Source: a virus
Reading direction: 5' to 3' (one strand)
Length of the DNA stretch: 64,000 bases
Virus record (IMG/VR): IMGVR_UViG_3300045988_108212
Span: 64,001 to 128,000 of that record
In this document: piece by piece, positions 1-8,676 of the stretch
Layout: each line of letters begins with the position of its first letter
How positions within the stretch are numbered: position 1 is the first letter of the stretch
Translations under genes and position numbers: made by a program
Notes under the pieces: generated by a model
Told to the model about the DNA's origin: nothing
Databases searched by the model: none
The model's input: only the letters and a program-made list of their open reading frames with translations

Positions 1-528
1 TACGACCTCAGCAGAATCATCATCTACATATTCAATATCTTCTTCTTTTACTTTTGTTGCAGGGTCGAGTCTTTCATAATCCTCTTCTGTGGCTGGCTCT
101 GTTTTAACAGTTCCACATTTTTCGCAATAAGTTGTCCAATGATATCCATTCTCTTCATCATATGCAATTGTTTTTTCTGCCCACACATGATCACAGGTTT
201 CATCTGCGTCATCTGGGTATTCTGGTTCTGTATAATCTGCATCGTCTGTATCGTCTGCGGTAGAATTTTCAGTATTTTTTTCTTCTTCTGTTGTTGCCGA
301 TACATCATTTGTTGTATCTTTAGAATCTTCTTTGACGGCATTTTTCTTATTATTTTTCTGCTCTGTTGTGTTCTTTGTAGTTTCTGTAGTTGACTTACCT
401 TCTGTTGTTGCAGAAACCTGTTTATCAGTGTTATTATTTAGTGTATCTGCATAAATAGTATATGCTGAAACGCATCCTACTGCTGTTAACATTAATGCTC
501 CAGCGATTAATAATTTTTTAATTCTCAT
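1..528 (-). CDS. secreted lipoprotein, partial (C-terminus runs off the window)
   Basis: ATG at 528-526 lies 7 nt after AAGGAGA. It reads MRIKKLLIAGALMLTAVGC (signal peptide plus lipobox Cys), then a Thr/Asp/Glu-rich linker and a Cys/His segment. The frame stays open to position 1, so it is missing from the ORF track. Track ORFs 48..341(-) and 139..393(+) are other frames of this gene. Confidence 0.6.
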   Translation of the reverse strand, partial: MRIKKLLIAGALMLTAVGCVSAYTIYADTLNNNTDKQVSATTEGKSTTETTKNTTEQKNNKKNAVKEDSKDTTNDVSATTEEEKNTENSTADDTDDADYTEPEYPDDADETCDHVWAEKTIAYDEENGYHWTTYCEKCGTVKTEPATEEDYERLDPATKVKEEDIEYVDDDSAEVV

Positions 529-550
529 AATATATTCTCCTTTTAATCTA

Positions 551-721
551 TCAATCCATGAACGATGCCACCACATAGAAGGCGATCGCCATTAATACAA
601 TTGCTACAATTACTACTACTCCAATTGGTATTACAATATTTGCTATCATCCAAAACGCAAATGCAAATACACCAACAGATATGAATGTTGCAATAAACCA
701 GACGATGGTCAGTACAATCAT
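551..721 (-). CDS. small hydrophobic membrane protein (56 aa)
   Basis: ATG 721; reads MIVLTIVWFIATFISVGVFAFAFWMIANIVIPIGVVVIVAIVLMAIAFYVVASFMD with two predicted TM helices. It is below the ORF-track size cut-off. A Lys-rich in-frame extension with a non-ATG start after AGGTGA is possible. Confidence 0.4.
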   Translation of the reverse strand: MIVLTIVWFIATFISVGVFAFAFWMIANIVIPIGVVVIVAIVLMAIAFYVVASFMD

Positions 722-769
722 CGACAAGAAAAATTTTAAGATTTTCTTTATGATATTAAATCACCTACC

Positions 770-1609
770 TTATGGTATTTCGTTATAAATTTTACTCACA
801 TCATCCAACAACTCTTTTGGCAAATATCTTTCTAAAAGCTCATTCGAATTATCAAGTGTTTTCTTATAGAAATCTTCTGCGATACCACCGCCAATAGCAG
901 CAATCGTATCTGTGTCACATGGCAAAGACAATACATTTCTTAAGAATGATTCATAATCTTCGCTCTCTAAGAAACATCTGATTGCCACAGGAACACTATC
1001 TTGAACTGTCGCAGACCAAACATAATTCTTTCTATAATCATCGAGTGGTCGATCAACACCATATGTATATTGACTGGATGGATAACTTTTTAATGCATAT
1101 TGATAAATTTCTTCTTTTGATTTACCCCATAGCGCCATAAAAGAACAGCCTGTTACAATCGATGCACCTTTGTAAGATTCCACATGACGATGAGTTTTCT
1201 CACATGTCCATTGTGCTAAATCTATGTAATAACTCAATACGTCTGGACGATCAGCAAACCCATTAAAATACATTGTGATAGGCGAAATTCTCATGGCACA
1301 TCCATTGCCAAAGCTTTCATTAACACGACTGCCATCATCGTGTAACCAGTCTTCGAACATTGCGCCATATCCCGTACCAGGATATTTCTTGCCATATTCT
1401 AAGTAGAACTCCCAAGGTTCTTTGTTATGCTTGTGTTCATCGTCATCATCTAACAACCACATACCTGTTGCAATACTGAGAACTGTATCATCTGTGTATT
1501 TACATTTATCTGTAAACAATTCACAGTTCTTCCAATCTAAATCGTGAGATCTGCGGAACTCATATTGAGAACCGCAAATATCTCCTAGAATCGCTCCAAT
1601 CAAAGCCAT
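770..1609 (-). CDS. ADP-ribosylglycohydrolase (ARH/DraG family)
   Basis: N-terminal MALIGAILGDICGSQYEF (GDxxG metal site) and C-terminal DTDTIAAIGGGIAEDFY (DTDT motif). The 279-aa length is typical. SD GGTGA lies upstream. Confidence 0.85.
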   Translation of the reverse strand: MALIGAILGDICGSQYEFRRSHDLDWKNCELFTDKCKYTDDTVLSIATGMWLLDDDDEHKHNKEPWEFYLEYGKKYPGTGYGAMFEDWLHDDGSRVNESFGNGCAMRISPITMYFNGFADRPDVLSYYIDLAQWTCEKTHRHVESYKGASIVTGCSFMALWGKSKEEIYQYALKSYPSSQYTYGVDRPLDDYRKNYVWSATVQDSVPVAIRCFLESEDYESFLRNVLSLPCDTDTIAAIGGGIAEDFYKKTLDNSNELLERYLPKELLDDVSKIYNEIP

Positions 1610-1617
1610 TTAATCAC

Positions 1618-1851
1618 CTACCTGTTAAAGATGTTTTCTAAAATTGTAAGAATTATTGCGATAATCCATTTTGTTTTCGTTGGAACAATTAGCGGATTTA
1701 CCACAACAAAATGTAACAACCAAATAAACAAATTTACGATTGCAAAATTGACAGCAATTACAACCATTAATCCTAAGATTGTACCTAAGATTGTTCCTGC
1801 ATGATATTTGTCTTCAACAAATAGTGAAGTTAATAATTTCTTCATTCGCAT
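1618..1851 (-). CDS. small membrane protein
   Basis: 77 aa with two hydrophobic helices. AAAGGAAAG lies 7 nt upstream of the ATG. Confidence 0.5.
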   Translation of the reverse strand: MRMKKLLTSLFVEDKYHAGTILGTILGLMVVIAVNFAIVNLFIWLLHFVVVNPLIVPTKTKWIIAIILTILENIFNR

Positions 1852-1854
1852 AAT

Positions 1855-3339
1855 CTACTTTCCTTTCAATCCCATTTCCATATACAATTCATCTATTGCA
1901 TTTCCTTTTCTCTGGAGGCAACTATAAATTTTCTCATCAATCGTATGTTTGCCTTGTAGAATAATATATGTGCATTTATTTTCTTGCCCAATTCTATGTA
2001 TTCGATCTTGGCTCTGGCGATACTCTTCATAACTGAAACTTAACGAATAGTAAATATTGTAAGTACAATTTACAAATGTCAAACCTTTACCAAGAAGCTT
2101 TGGGTGCACAAATAATTTCTGAATTTTGCCAGCTTTGAATTTCCGAATAATATCATCACGATCTTTATTCTTAGATGTGAGGGCAACACCATTATACTTT
2201 TCAGCCAGACGTTCAATCTCATGCTGGAATTGACACCATATAATAATTGGCTTGCCTCCAATTTCTTCAAATGATTGCTCTAGCACCTTATCTTTGTTTG
2301 TTTCGAAATCGTCAATATTACCTTCTTTATTGATAACAAAACCACTGACAATTTCTCGCAACTTCATAAGCTTTGCAGTAAATTCAAATTTAGACCATTC
2401 ATTGATATTGTCCTTGATGTTTTTAACCATATTGTTATAATGTCGTTTTTGTTCGCTGCCAAGATCAAACTCTTTAATTTGAAATACTTTAGGTGGAAGG
2501 TCTACGCAATCTTCTTTTTTCAAGAATACAGACTTCTCTCTCAAACGATTAAAATATGCTTCTTTATTCTCCTGTGTCTGATACCATCTATGAGGATTCT
2601 GCATATCCTGTGTAAAATAGTGAGCTTGGAATCCAAAAAAATTATTACCAAATACATCTGCGTCAACAAATTTCATCTGTGGGAATATCTCTGAATTATG
2701 GTTTGGTGTTGGTGTTCCGCTTAAAACGAATCTATGAGGAATCACATCAATCAATTGCAATAGTTCATTCGTAATCTGAGCACCCATGTTCTTCATTACT
2801 TGGCTTTCATCAACGATCACGCATTGAAAATCCATTGCTAAAATCTTCTTTTTCAAAATCTTAAAGCTCTCATAATTCATCACATAAACATCTGAGTCAA
2901 TATCCATTGCATCAAATCTCTTTTTACTTGACGTAGCCCAACAATTCGTAATTTCTAATTCTGGATAGAATTTCTTACAATCATCAACCCATGCAGTTTC
3001 AATAACTGATAGAGGACAAAGAATCAATGTTTTCCCGTAATGTTTTGCGATTTCAAGACCCATCAATGTCTTTCCTGTACCAGTATCAGCAAAAATACCA
3101 TAACTGCCTTCATTCAATGCTTTATTCACAATATCTTTTTGATATTTCCTCAGATGTGGAGAAAGTTCGTAATGAACAATCTCCTTCTTTGGAACTTCAA
3201 TATTGGTATCAATTAGACCATATTGCTGTAGTTTAGTGATCGCAGAATCAGGGAATTCCCACTTTCCTGCTCTAAATTTTCGTCCTTCAATCGTTCTAAT
3301 ATATGGAATTTTCTCTACTGGGACTTCTAAAGCTACCAA
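1855..3339 (-). CDS. SNF2-family DNA helicase/translocase
   Basis: Walker A ADTGTGKT, box II VDESQ, SGTPTPN, and motif VI QSQDRIHRIGQ. A TTG start follows directly after the methyltransferase stop. Confidence 0.9.
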   Translation of the reverse strand: MVALEVPVEKIPYIRTIEGRKFRAGKWEFPDSAITKLQQYGLIDTNIEVPKKEIVHYELSPHLRKYQKDIVNKALNEGSYGIFADTGTGKTLMGLEIAKHYGKTLILCPLSVIETAWVDDCKKFYPELEITNCWATSSKKRFDAMDIDSDVYVMNYESFKILKKKILAMDFQCVIVDESQVMKNMGAQITNELLQLIDVIPHRFVLSGTPTPNHNSEIFPQMKFVDADVFGNNFFGFQAHYFTQDMQNPHRWYQTQENKEAYFNRLREKSVFLKKEDCVDLPPKVFQIKEFDLGSEQKRHYNNMVKNIKDNINEWSKFEFTAKLMKLREIVSGFVINKEGNIDDFETNKDKVLEQSFEEIGGKPIIIWCQFQHEIERLAEKYNGVALTSKNKDRDDIIRKFKAGKIQKLFVHPKLLGKGLTFVNCTYNIYYSLSFSYEEYRQSQDRIHRIGQENKCTYIILQGKHTIDEKIYSCLQRKGNAIDELYMEMGLKGK

Positions 3340-4362
3340 TTACTCACCTACTTCTGCTTTTGCAGCATCTTTAAGTTTTTTAATTTCTGATTTTTTCATA
3401 CCTAAAGCATTTAACTGCGCCTCTAATTCTTTAATTTCTGTACGAATATCTTTCTTTTTCTTTGTTAAAACTTTCTTTTCTTCTTTGGCTGCTTTTGCTT
3501 TAGCACTCTGTTCTTTACCAATCAGCAACTGCTCATTAAAACGATCTTTCATTGCTTCAATAGAATCATCTGTTTCAAACATTGAATCATCCCATAGGTC
3601 AAAGCGTTTTTCATTTGCTAAATCATAGAATTCTTTATTAAGTTCAATACCAATTGCATTTCTACTATTTTCAATGGCAACTTTGTTAACAGTTCCTGCG
3701 CCAGCAAATGGATCTAAAATTGTATCACCTGGGCAAGACCAAAGTTTAATACAGCGTTTAACTAATTCTTCAGCGAACGGGGTTGTATGTCCGATACCTG
3801 AATTACTGATGTTCCATACACCATCTGCCCAATCAGCCCATTCTGCCAATGTAATATCGGATGCTTTGATTAATTCACAATCTCCTGCTTTCTTATACAC
3901 GTAAACAAATCCAACATTAGCTGCAAGAATTGTATCTCTTGCTTTCATGTTTCTGTAATACAGATTTCCCTGCGCTAACATGGCTCTCTGTGCAGAATAT
4001 TTTCTCCAAAATGCTTTTGTCCAAAGTGAAAAATTATTATCTAAGAAAATCTGATTAATGGAACCAGTTAAGCTTTCCTGACCCATTTTGTTGTCTCTTC
4101 CAATGGTGTAATTGTAATCTTCAAACTGCATAATGAATTTGCCACCTGGCTTTAAAACTCTTTCACATTCTGCGATGACAAGCCCTAACAAATAATAATA
4201 TTCTTCATAGCTTTCACAGTTTGATAAATCGCTTGGATCATTGCTATAAACTCTAAGATTATGATATGGCGGAGATGTAATTACCATATCTACAGTCTCT
4301 GCATCCATCTTCTTTAATTCTTTTAAACAATCACCATTAATCCAGTTATTAAATAATTTCAT
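3340..4362 (-). CDS. DNA methyltransferase, beta-class (N6-adenine or N4-cytosine)
   Basis: ITSPPY (motif IV) precedes DPFAGAGT (motif I), with a Lys/Glu-rich coiled tail. The start was moved from the track's 4392 to ATG 4362, which has AAGGAG 6 nt upstream. Confidence 0.85.
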   Translation of the reverse strand: MKLFNNWINGDCLKELKKMDAETVDMVITSPPYHNLRVYSNDPSDLSNCESYEEYYYLLGLVIAECERVLKPGGKFIMQFEDYNYTIGRDNKMGQESLTGSINQIFLDNNFSLWTKAFWRKYSAQRAMLAQGNLYYRNMKARDTILAANVGFVYVYKKAGDCELIKASDITLAEWADWADGVWNISNSGIGHTTPFAEELVKRCIKLWSCPGDTILDPFAGAGTVNKVAIENSRNAIGIELNKEFYDLANEKRFDLWDDSMFETDDSIEAMKDRFNEQLLIGKEQSAKAKAAKEEKKVLTKKKKDIRTEIKELEAQLNALGMKKSEIKKLKDAAKAEVGE

Positions 4363-4405
4363 ATGTAACTCCTTAATATATTTTTTCATCAAAGATTAAT
4401 TTTAT

Positions 4406-4669
4406 CTATTCTACGATCATCCAATCTTCAGCCAACATATCTGTCTGACTTGCAAGCCAAGGAACTACATTCCCCTGTGCTGTTTTCATTGCAATATATG
4501 CTCCATATTCGACTAATCCGTCTTCATTCACAATGCTTTTTGCAATATCGGTACATGGCGCATAAGCTCCTGCTGGAACATAATATAAAAACATACCTTT
4601 CCCATTCCAACCTTTTCTTGCTACTTTTCTTTTATCTTTCATTGCATCAATTGCTGTTCCAAAATCCAT
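4406..4669 (-). CDS. DUF2829-family small protein (Tad2-like)
   Basis: 87 aa. MDFGTAIDAMKDKRKVARKGWNGKGMFLYYV matches the family's signature N-terminus (A..A.K.GKKVaRkgWnGkgm), and it has the C-terminal W..SQ.D.LAeDW tail. Confidence 0.7.
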   Translation of the reverse strand: MDFGTAIDAMKDKRKVARKGWNGKGMFLYYVPAGAYAPCTDIAKSIVNEDGLVEYGAYIAMKTAQGNVVPWLASQTDMLAEDWMIVE

Positions 4670-4682
4670 AATAAATTCTCCT

Positions 4683-4928
4683 TTACTCTTTATTGTATGT
4701 GTATTTTACATAACTCCCTTTGTAGCTTACATTCGCCAAATCTTTTGACTTCCTCTGTTCTTCTTCTTTTCTAATTTTTTCCAAAAGATAATCTGTTTTA
4801 TCACTACATATTTTCTTATCTTCTCTAGTACACTTACCGTAAATATCACATTTTGTACATTTCGTCGCTATAAACTTAAATGCCTGCTGTCGATTAAAGT
4901 TTGTAACATCAATAAGTTTACCTATCAT
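4683..4928 (-). CDS. hypothetical Cys-containing protein
   Basis: The start was moved to ATG 4928 (GGAGTGA 5 nt upstream), which removes the overlap with 4934..5686. Contains CTKCDIYGKC..C. Confidence 0.5.
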   Translation of the reverse strand: MIGKLIDVTNFNRQQAFKFIATKCTKCDIYGKCTREDKKICSDKTDYLLEKIRKEEEQRKSKDLANVSYKGSYVKYTYNKE

Positions 4929-4933
4929 ACTTT

Positions 4934-5686
4934 TCACTCCAACCAATCATTGTCAATATAATAGAAACTATACGTTAGACCGCCAGTTAAGATAATCCAA
5001 AAAATCCAGAATATTGCTTTCAAAACTTCTCCACTCGACTTATATGACTCAACCGTTTTATGTAAATTTGACTTATTTAAATCACAAGTTGTCATAGTGT
5101 TATTTTTTAGTTTTGTGTAAACAGTTCCCTTAACTGGTTTTGCTTCCATACCATAGTATTCATACCTGACACGAGCAGAATGATAAATTCTTTTTAGGTA
5201 ATGACTTCCTATGAAATCAATCTTATCTTCCTTGAATTTTTTGCCTGCAAATTTAATCTGTTTACAAGTCTTACTTTCTCTCCACATGTCATCCCACGAA
5301 TACCAAACTCTCTTTCTGTAATGGACTTTTCCTTTACTGCCTTTTACTCTTTCAATTTTTTCATGTCTGCGATACTCTTGTCGGACTTTTCTGACATAAT
5401 AATACTTGCCGCCAATTTCTTTGTATGTAACTGTGTCTACAGGTTCTAACTTCCCATAAACAAAAGCGTTACCTACATTGGTTTCCATACCATATTGAAA
5501 AACATCATCATTTTTTATCTTAAGGGCGTGATTGTATTCTTCATTTTTATCAAGGATGGAATTATCAATATTACTACTGATAACGATTCCAAACACAAGC
5601 ATGACTGCGATCAATGTTACACTCGCTAAGATTTCCCTTGGAGTTATCTCATAATTACCAAAATTCAATCCTTTGTGTTGCTTCAT
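4934..5686 (-). CDS. bitopic membrane protein, unknown function
   Basis: 250 aa with an N-terminal TM (LASVTLIAVMLVFGIVISS) and a C-terminal TM (AIFWIFWIILTGGLTYSFYY). GGAGAG SD. It lies immediately downstream of lemA. Confidence 0.6.
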   Translation of the reverse strand: MKQHKGLNFGNYEITPREILASVTLIAVMLVFGIVISSNIDNSILDKNEEYNHALKIKNDDVFQYGMETNVGNAFVYGKLEPVDTVTYKEIGGKYYYVRKVRQEYRRHEKIERVKGSKGKVHYRKRVWYSWDDMWRESKTCKQIKFAGKKFKEDKIDFIGSHYLKRIYHSARVRYEYYGMEAKPVKGTVYTKLKNNTMTTCDLNKSNLHKTVESYKSSGEVLKAIFWIFWIILTGGLTYSFYYIDNDWLE

Positions 5687-5689
5687 ATA

Positions 5690-6250
5690 TTACTCTCCAA
5701 ATAAATGCTGAGGTGCAGTTTCGGGAGCATCCTTATATTCTAAATAAGTATAGTTCTTTATTTCATATCCAAGATTATTTAAGAAAATTCGTGTTGGAAA
5801 TTTCTTTACATATCTGTTATATTCTTTAATCTGCTGATTATAGTTACTGCGATATTCGGCAATTAAATTCTCTGTGACAGATAATTCGTTCATTAACCTT
5901 TTATAGTTCTTATCCGCCTTGAGTTCTGGATAAGATTCTGTAACTGCTGCAATTGCTGTGCTTGCATTTTCAACAGTTCCTTTAGAACTACGTCCTTTAA
6001 CGATTTCTTTAAGTGTATTTGCCTCATGTTTATCATAAGATTTCACACAATCTACCAAGTTATAAATCAGATCAACCCTACGTTTCTCTTGTACATTAAT
6101 GTCAGATTTTGCTTTATCAACCTGTTCTTCTAATGAAATTGCATGGTTCTGCGAACTCTGAACCCCAAATGTGCAGGCTAGAAATACCGCCACAACTCCT
6201 ACTAGAATAATTACTGGAATCTTCCATGCTGTGCTTTTTTCTTTGCTCAT
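5690..6250 (-). CDS. lemA: LemA family membrane protein
   Basis: N-terminal TM followed by SLEEQVDKAKSDINVQEKRRVDLIYNLVDCVKSYDKHEANTL, which is typical of LemA. The start was set to ATG 6250 (AAGGAGA upstream) rather than 6310. Confidence 0.85.
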   Translation of the reverse strand: MSKEKSTAWKIPVIILVGVVAVFLACTFGVQSSQNHAISLEEQVDKAKSDINVQEKRRVDLIYNLVDCVKSYDKHEANTLKEIVKGRSSKGTVENASTAIAAVTESYPELKADKNYKRLMNELSVTENLIAEYRSNYNQQIKEYNRYVKKFPTRIFLNNLGYEIKNYTYLEYKDAPETAPQHLFGE

Positions 6251-6266
6251 ATTCAATTTTCTCCTT

Positions 6267-6608
6267 TTAAAACTTAGGTCGTTTAATCTCTTTCTGTTTC
6301 GACCAATCAATTTCTGAAGGTTCTACACCTGTCTGCTGTTTGTAGAATTCATAATCTTCTGTCCAAAACTCTGCATCTTCATCTTTAACGAAGTAACTCT
6401 CGTCAAAAACTAGATCCATCTCGTCTGGAGTAGCAAGATATTTTACTTTACAACGTCTACCATATTTGTATGTTTCTCCGTTATAGCAAATTGAACACGG
6501 CTCCCAGATGCGATATTCTACATAATTGTCTTTTACAACAAACCTTTCGATTTTGCTTTCTGGGATTCCCTGTCTAACAAAACATTCGTAAATGGTTAGT
6601 TTATTCAC
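6267..6608 (-). CDS. hypothetical protein
   Basis: 113 aa. The GTG start overlaps the ligase stop, with GGGAGA 5 nt upstream. No recognisable motif. Confidence 0.5.
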   Translation of the reverse strand: MNKLTIYECFVRQGIPESKIERFVVKDNYVEYRIWEPCSICYNGETYKYGRRCKVKYLATPDEMDLVFDESYFVKDEDAEFWTEDYEFYKQQTGVEPSEIDWSKQKEIKRPKF

Positions 6609-8592
6609 TCGTATCTCCCTTCAGAATCTTGATTAATCCATCTTCATCAATGATCGGAATGCCTAACTGTTGTGCTTTTTTATTCTTACTGCTTGTAGAA
6701 TTCACATCATTGTTCACAAGATAATTCGTATTCTTTGATACAGATCCTGCAACCTTGCCACCTCTGGACTCAATTTCATCTTTGATCGCATTACGATTGG
6801 CAAACTTATTTACTTTACCAGTCACAACAAAAGTCATTCCTGTGAGATCAACCATTGATTCTTTTTTGCTTTCTGGCATCTCAAACTCAAGCTCTTTAGC
6901 TAATTTCTCGACCATTTCAATGTTTTCTTTGAAATAATCATCCATTGACAATGAAGTATTGATACCAATACCATCAATATGTCCAAAATATTTTCTCTTT
7001 TTGATTCTTTCGATAAACACATCATATGGATTTTCGTTATTCGATAGAGAAATCTTATCAATAAGCTTGCAAATATCCTTTGCCGTTGACTTCCCAACAA
7101 GTTCAATGCCAAGTGCTGTTACGAAATTAACCAGTTTACACTTACGACTTTCCTCGATGCTATGTAATAAGGAAGAAACACTTTTTACACCAAATCCATC
7201 AAGGTTCTTCATCTCAGGTTTATACTCTGCTAAATTATAAATATCTGTATAATCTTTTAGCCATCCAAGATCAATAAATCTTTTCAGTGTTGCCTCAGAT
7301 AAACCTTGAATATTCATTGCATCTCTGGAAACAAAGTTCACAAACTTGCTTAATAGCTTTGCCTTGCAGTCAGGATTCATACATTTCAGAACCTTACTGC
7401 CATTCTCGTTGATGATTTTTGCTTCGCCACCGCAGGTTGGACAAGTATCTGGAATCTTGAATGTATTGCTTCTTGTCAGATTATCGTGTACTTTTGGAAT
7501 TACCATATTACTACGATAAACCTGAATCGTATCGCCTGCACCAAGCTCTAATCCTTCAATGTAACTTACATTATGTAATGTAGCTCTTGTGGTTTCTGCA
7601 CCATCAAGATCAATTGGATCGAATACTGCGACTGGATTAATCAACCCTGTACGAGATGTATTCCATTCAATATCTCTGATTGTTGTTTCGTAGAGGTCAT
7701 CAGACCATTTCATCGCAAGCATATTTAAGGGGAATTTACTCGTTGCCCCAAGAGATTTCCCATACTGATAGTCGTTATAAGTGAAAATCAGACCATCAAC
7801 AGGATATTCATATGCCTCTGGATCAAATTTCTCAATATATTCTTCAACATTATCTCGATCAACAATCTGATGTTCTACAACGTCAAATCCCTGCTCTGCA
7901 AGATATTTAAAACTATCAGCAATACTTGGCATTTCTTCTTCAGATACGCCATCAATTTTGACTAACTCAAATGCTTTGTAAGCAAGTTTTCTTTCCTTTG
8001 CTACATTCGCATCTAACTGCCTGATTGTACCTGCTGCCAGATTTCTTGCGTTCTTGTATTTACCATGCAACGCTTCATTGATTTTCTGGAAGTTTTCATA
8101 ACTAATAACTGATTCGCCACGTACCTCAATACTACGCTTATCAGGAATCTCAAGAGGTAAATTGAAAATCATACGTGCTGTATGAGTCACATCTTCTCCA
8201 ATTTCGCCATTTCCCCTTGTAATTGCTTGTTTTAAGCGTCCTTTTTCGTACCTTAGTACCACCGTCAAACCATCTTCTTTCCACGATAAAACACCAATTT
8301 TATCCGCAAGAAATTTTTTGACCTCATTGACATCCTTCGTCTTCTGAGCTGATAACATTGGGCGTGTATGCTTTACTTTAGCCAAAGAATCAATTATAAA
8401 TCCTTGAACGTGGTGGATGGGTGAATTATTCAAAACAACGCCAGAATCTCTCTCAAGTCGTTCTAAAGCAGCGCATAAATCGTCAAATTCTTTATCTGAA
8501 ATGAGCGGATTATCCTCTGCGTAGTACGCATATGAAGCATCATTGATTCTGTCGATCAAGACATTCATTTCTTTCACATATTCAGTTTTCAT
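6601..8592 (-). CDS. ligA: NAD-dependent DNA ligase
   Basis: 663 aa. Adenylation site SWKEDG (KxDG), Cys4 finger CPTCGGE..CMNPDC, HhH region and a C-terminal BRCT (MTFVVTGKV..). Confidence 0.92.
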   Translation of the reverse strand: MKTEYVKEMNVLIDRINDASYAYYAEDNPLISDKEFDDLCAALERLERDSGVVLNNSPIHHVQGFIIDSLAKVKHTRPMLSAQKTKDVNEVKKFLADKIGVLSWKEDGLTVVLRYEKGRLKQAITRGNGEIGEDVTHTARMIFNLPLEIPDKRSIEVRGESVISYENFQKINEALHGKYKNARNLAAGTIRQLDANVAKERKLAYKAFELVKIDGVSEEEMPSIADSFKYLAEQGFDVVEHQIVDRDNVEEYIEKFDPEAYEYPVDGLIFTYNDYQYGKSLGATSKFPLNMLAMKWSDDLYETTIRDIEWNTSRTGLINPVAVFDPIDLDGAETTRATLHNVSYIEGLELGAGDTIQVYRSNMVIPKVHDNLTRSNTFKIPDTCPTCGGEAKIINENGSKVLKCMNPDCKAKLLSKFVNFVSRDAMNIQGLSEATLKRFIDLGWLKDYTDIYNLAEYKPEMKNLDGFGVKSVSSLLHSIEESRKCKLVNFVTALGIELVGKSTAKDICKLIDKISLSNNENPYDVFIERIKKRKYFGHIDGIGINTSLSMDDYFKENIEMVEKLAKELEFEMPESKKESMVDLTGMTFVVTGKVNKFANRNAIKDEIESRGGKVAGSVSKNTNYLVNNDVNSTSSKNKKAQQLGIPIIDEDGLIKILKGDTSE

Positions 8593-8676
8593 AATTTTTG
8601 GATTTTCCTTTTCTTGTTTATATTGTTTAGTTAATTATTTTAATTTGTGTTTTCTATGTCTTTCAGTAACTGCCAA

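Noticed and set aside
48-341. Minus-strand ORF 48..341 (97 aa, Gln/Lys-rich).
   Set aside because: It is out of frame with the longer open frame 1..528. That frame has an SD, a signal peptide and a lipobox.
139-393. Plus-strand ORFs throughout the track, for example 139..393, 2252..2694, 3203..3628, 8543..8836, 12998..13360, 43881..44348, 45041..45454 and 49268..49642.
   Set aside because: All lie antisense inside longer minus-strand genes that have recognisable domains or good SDs. They lack SDs and promoters and encode Phe/Ile/Ser/Leu-rich junk, as expected from the complement of A-rich coding sequence.
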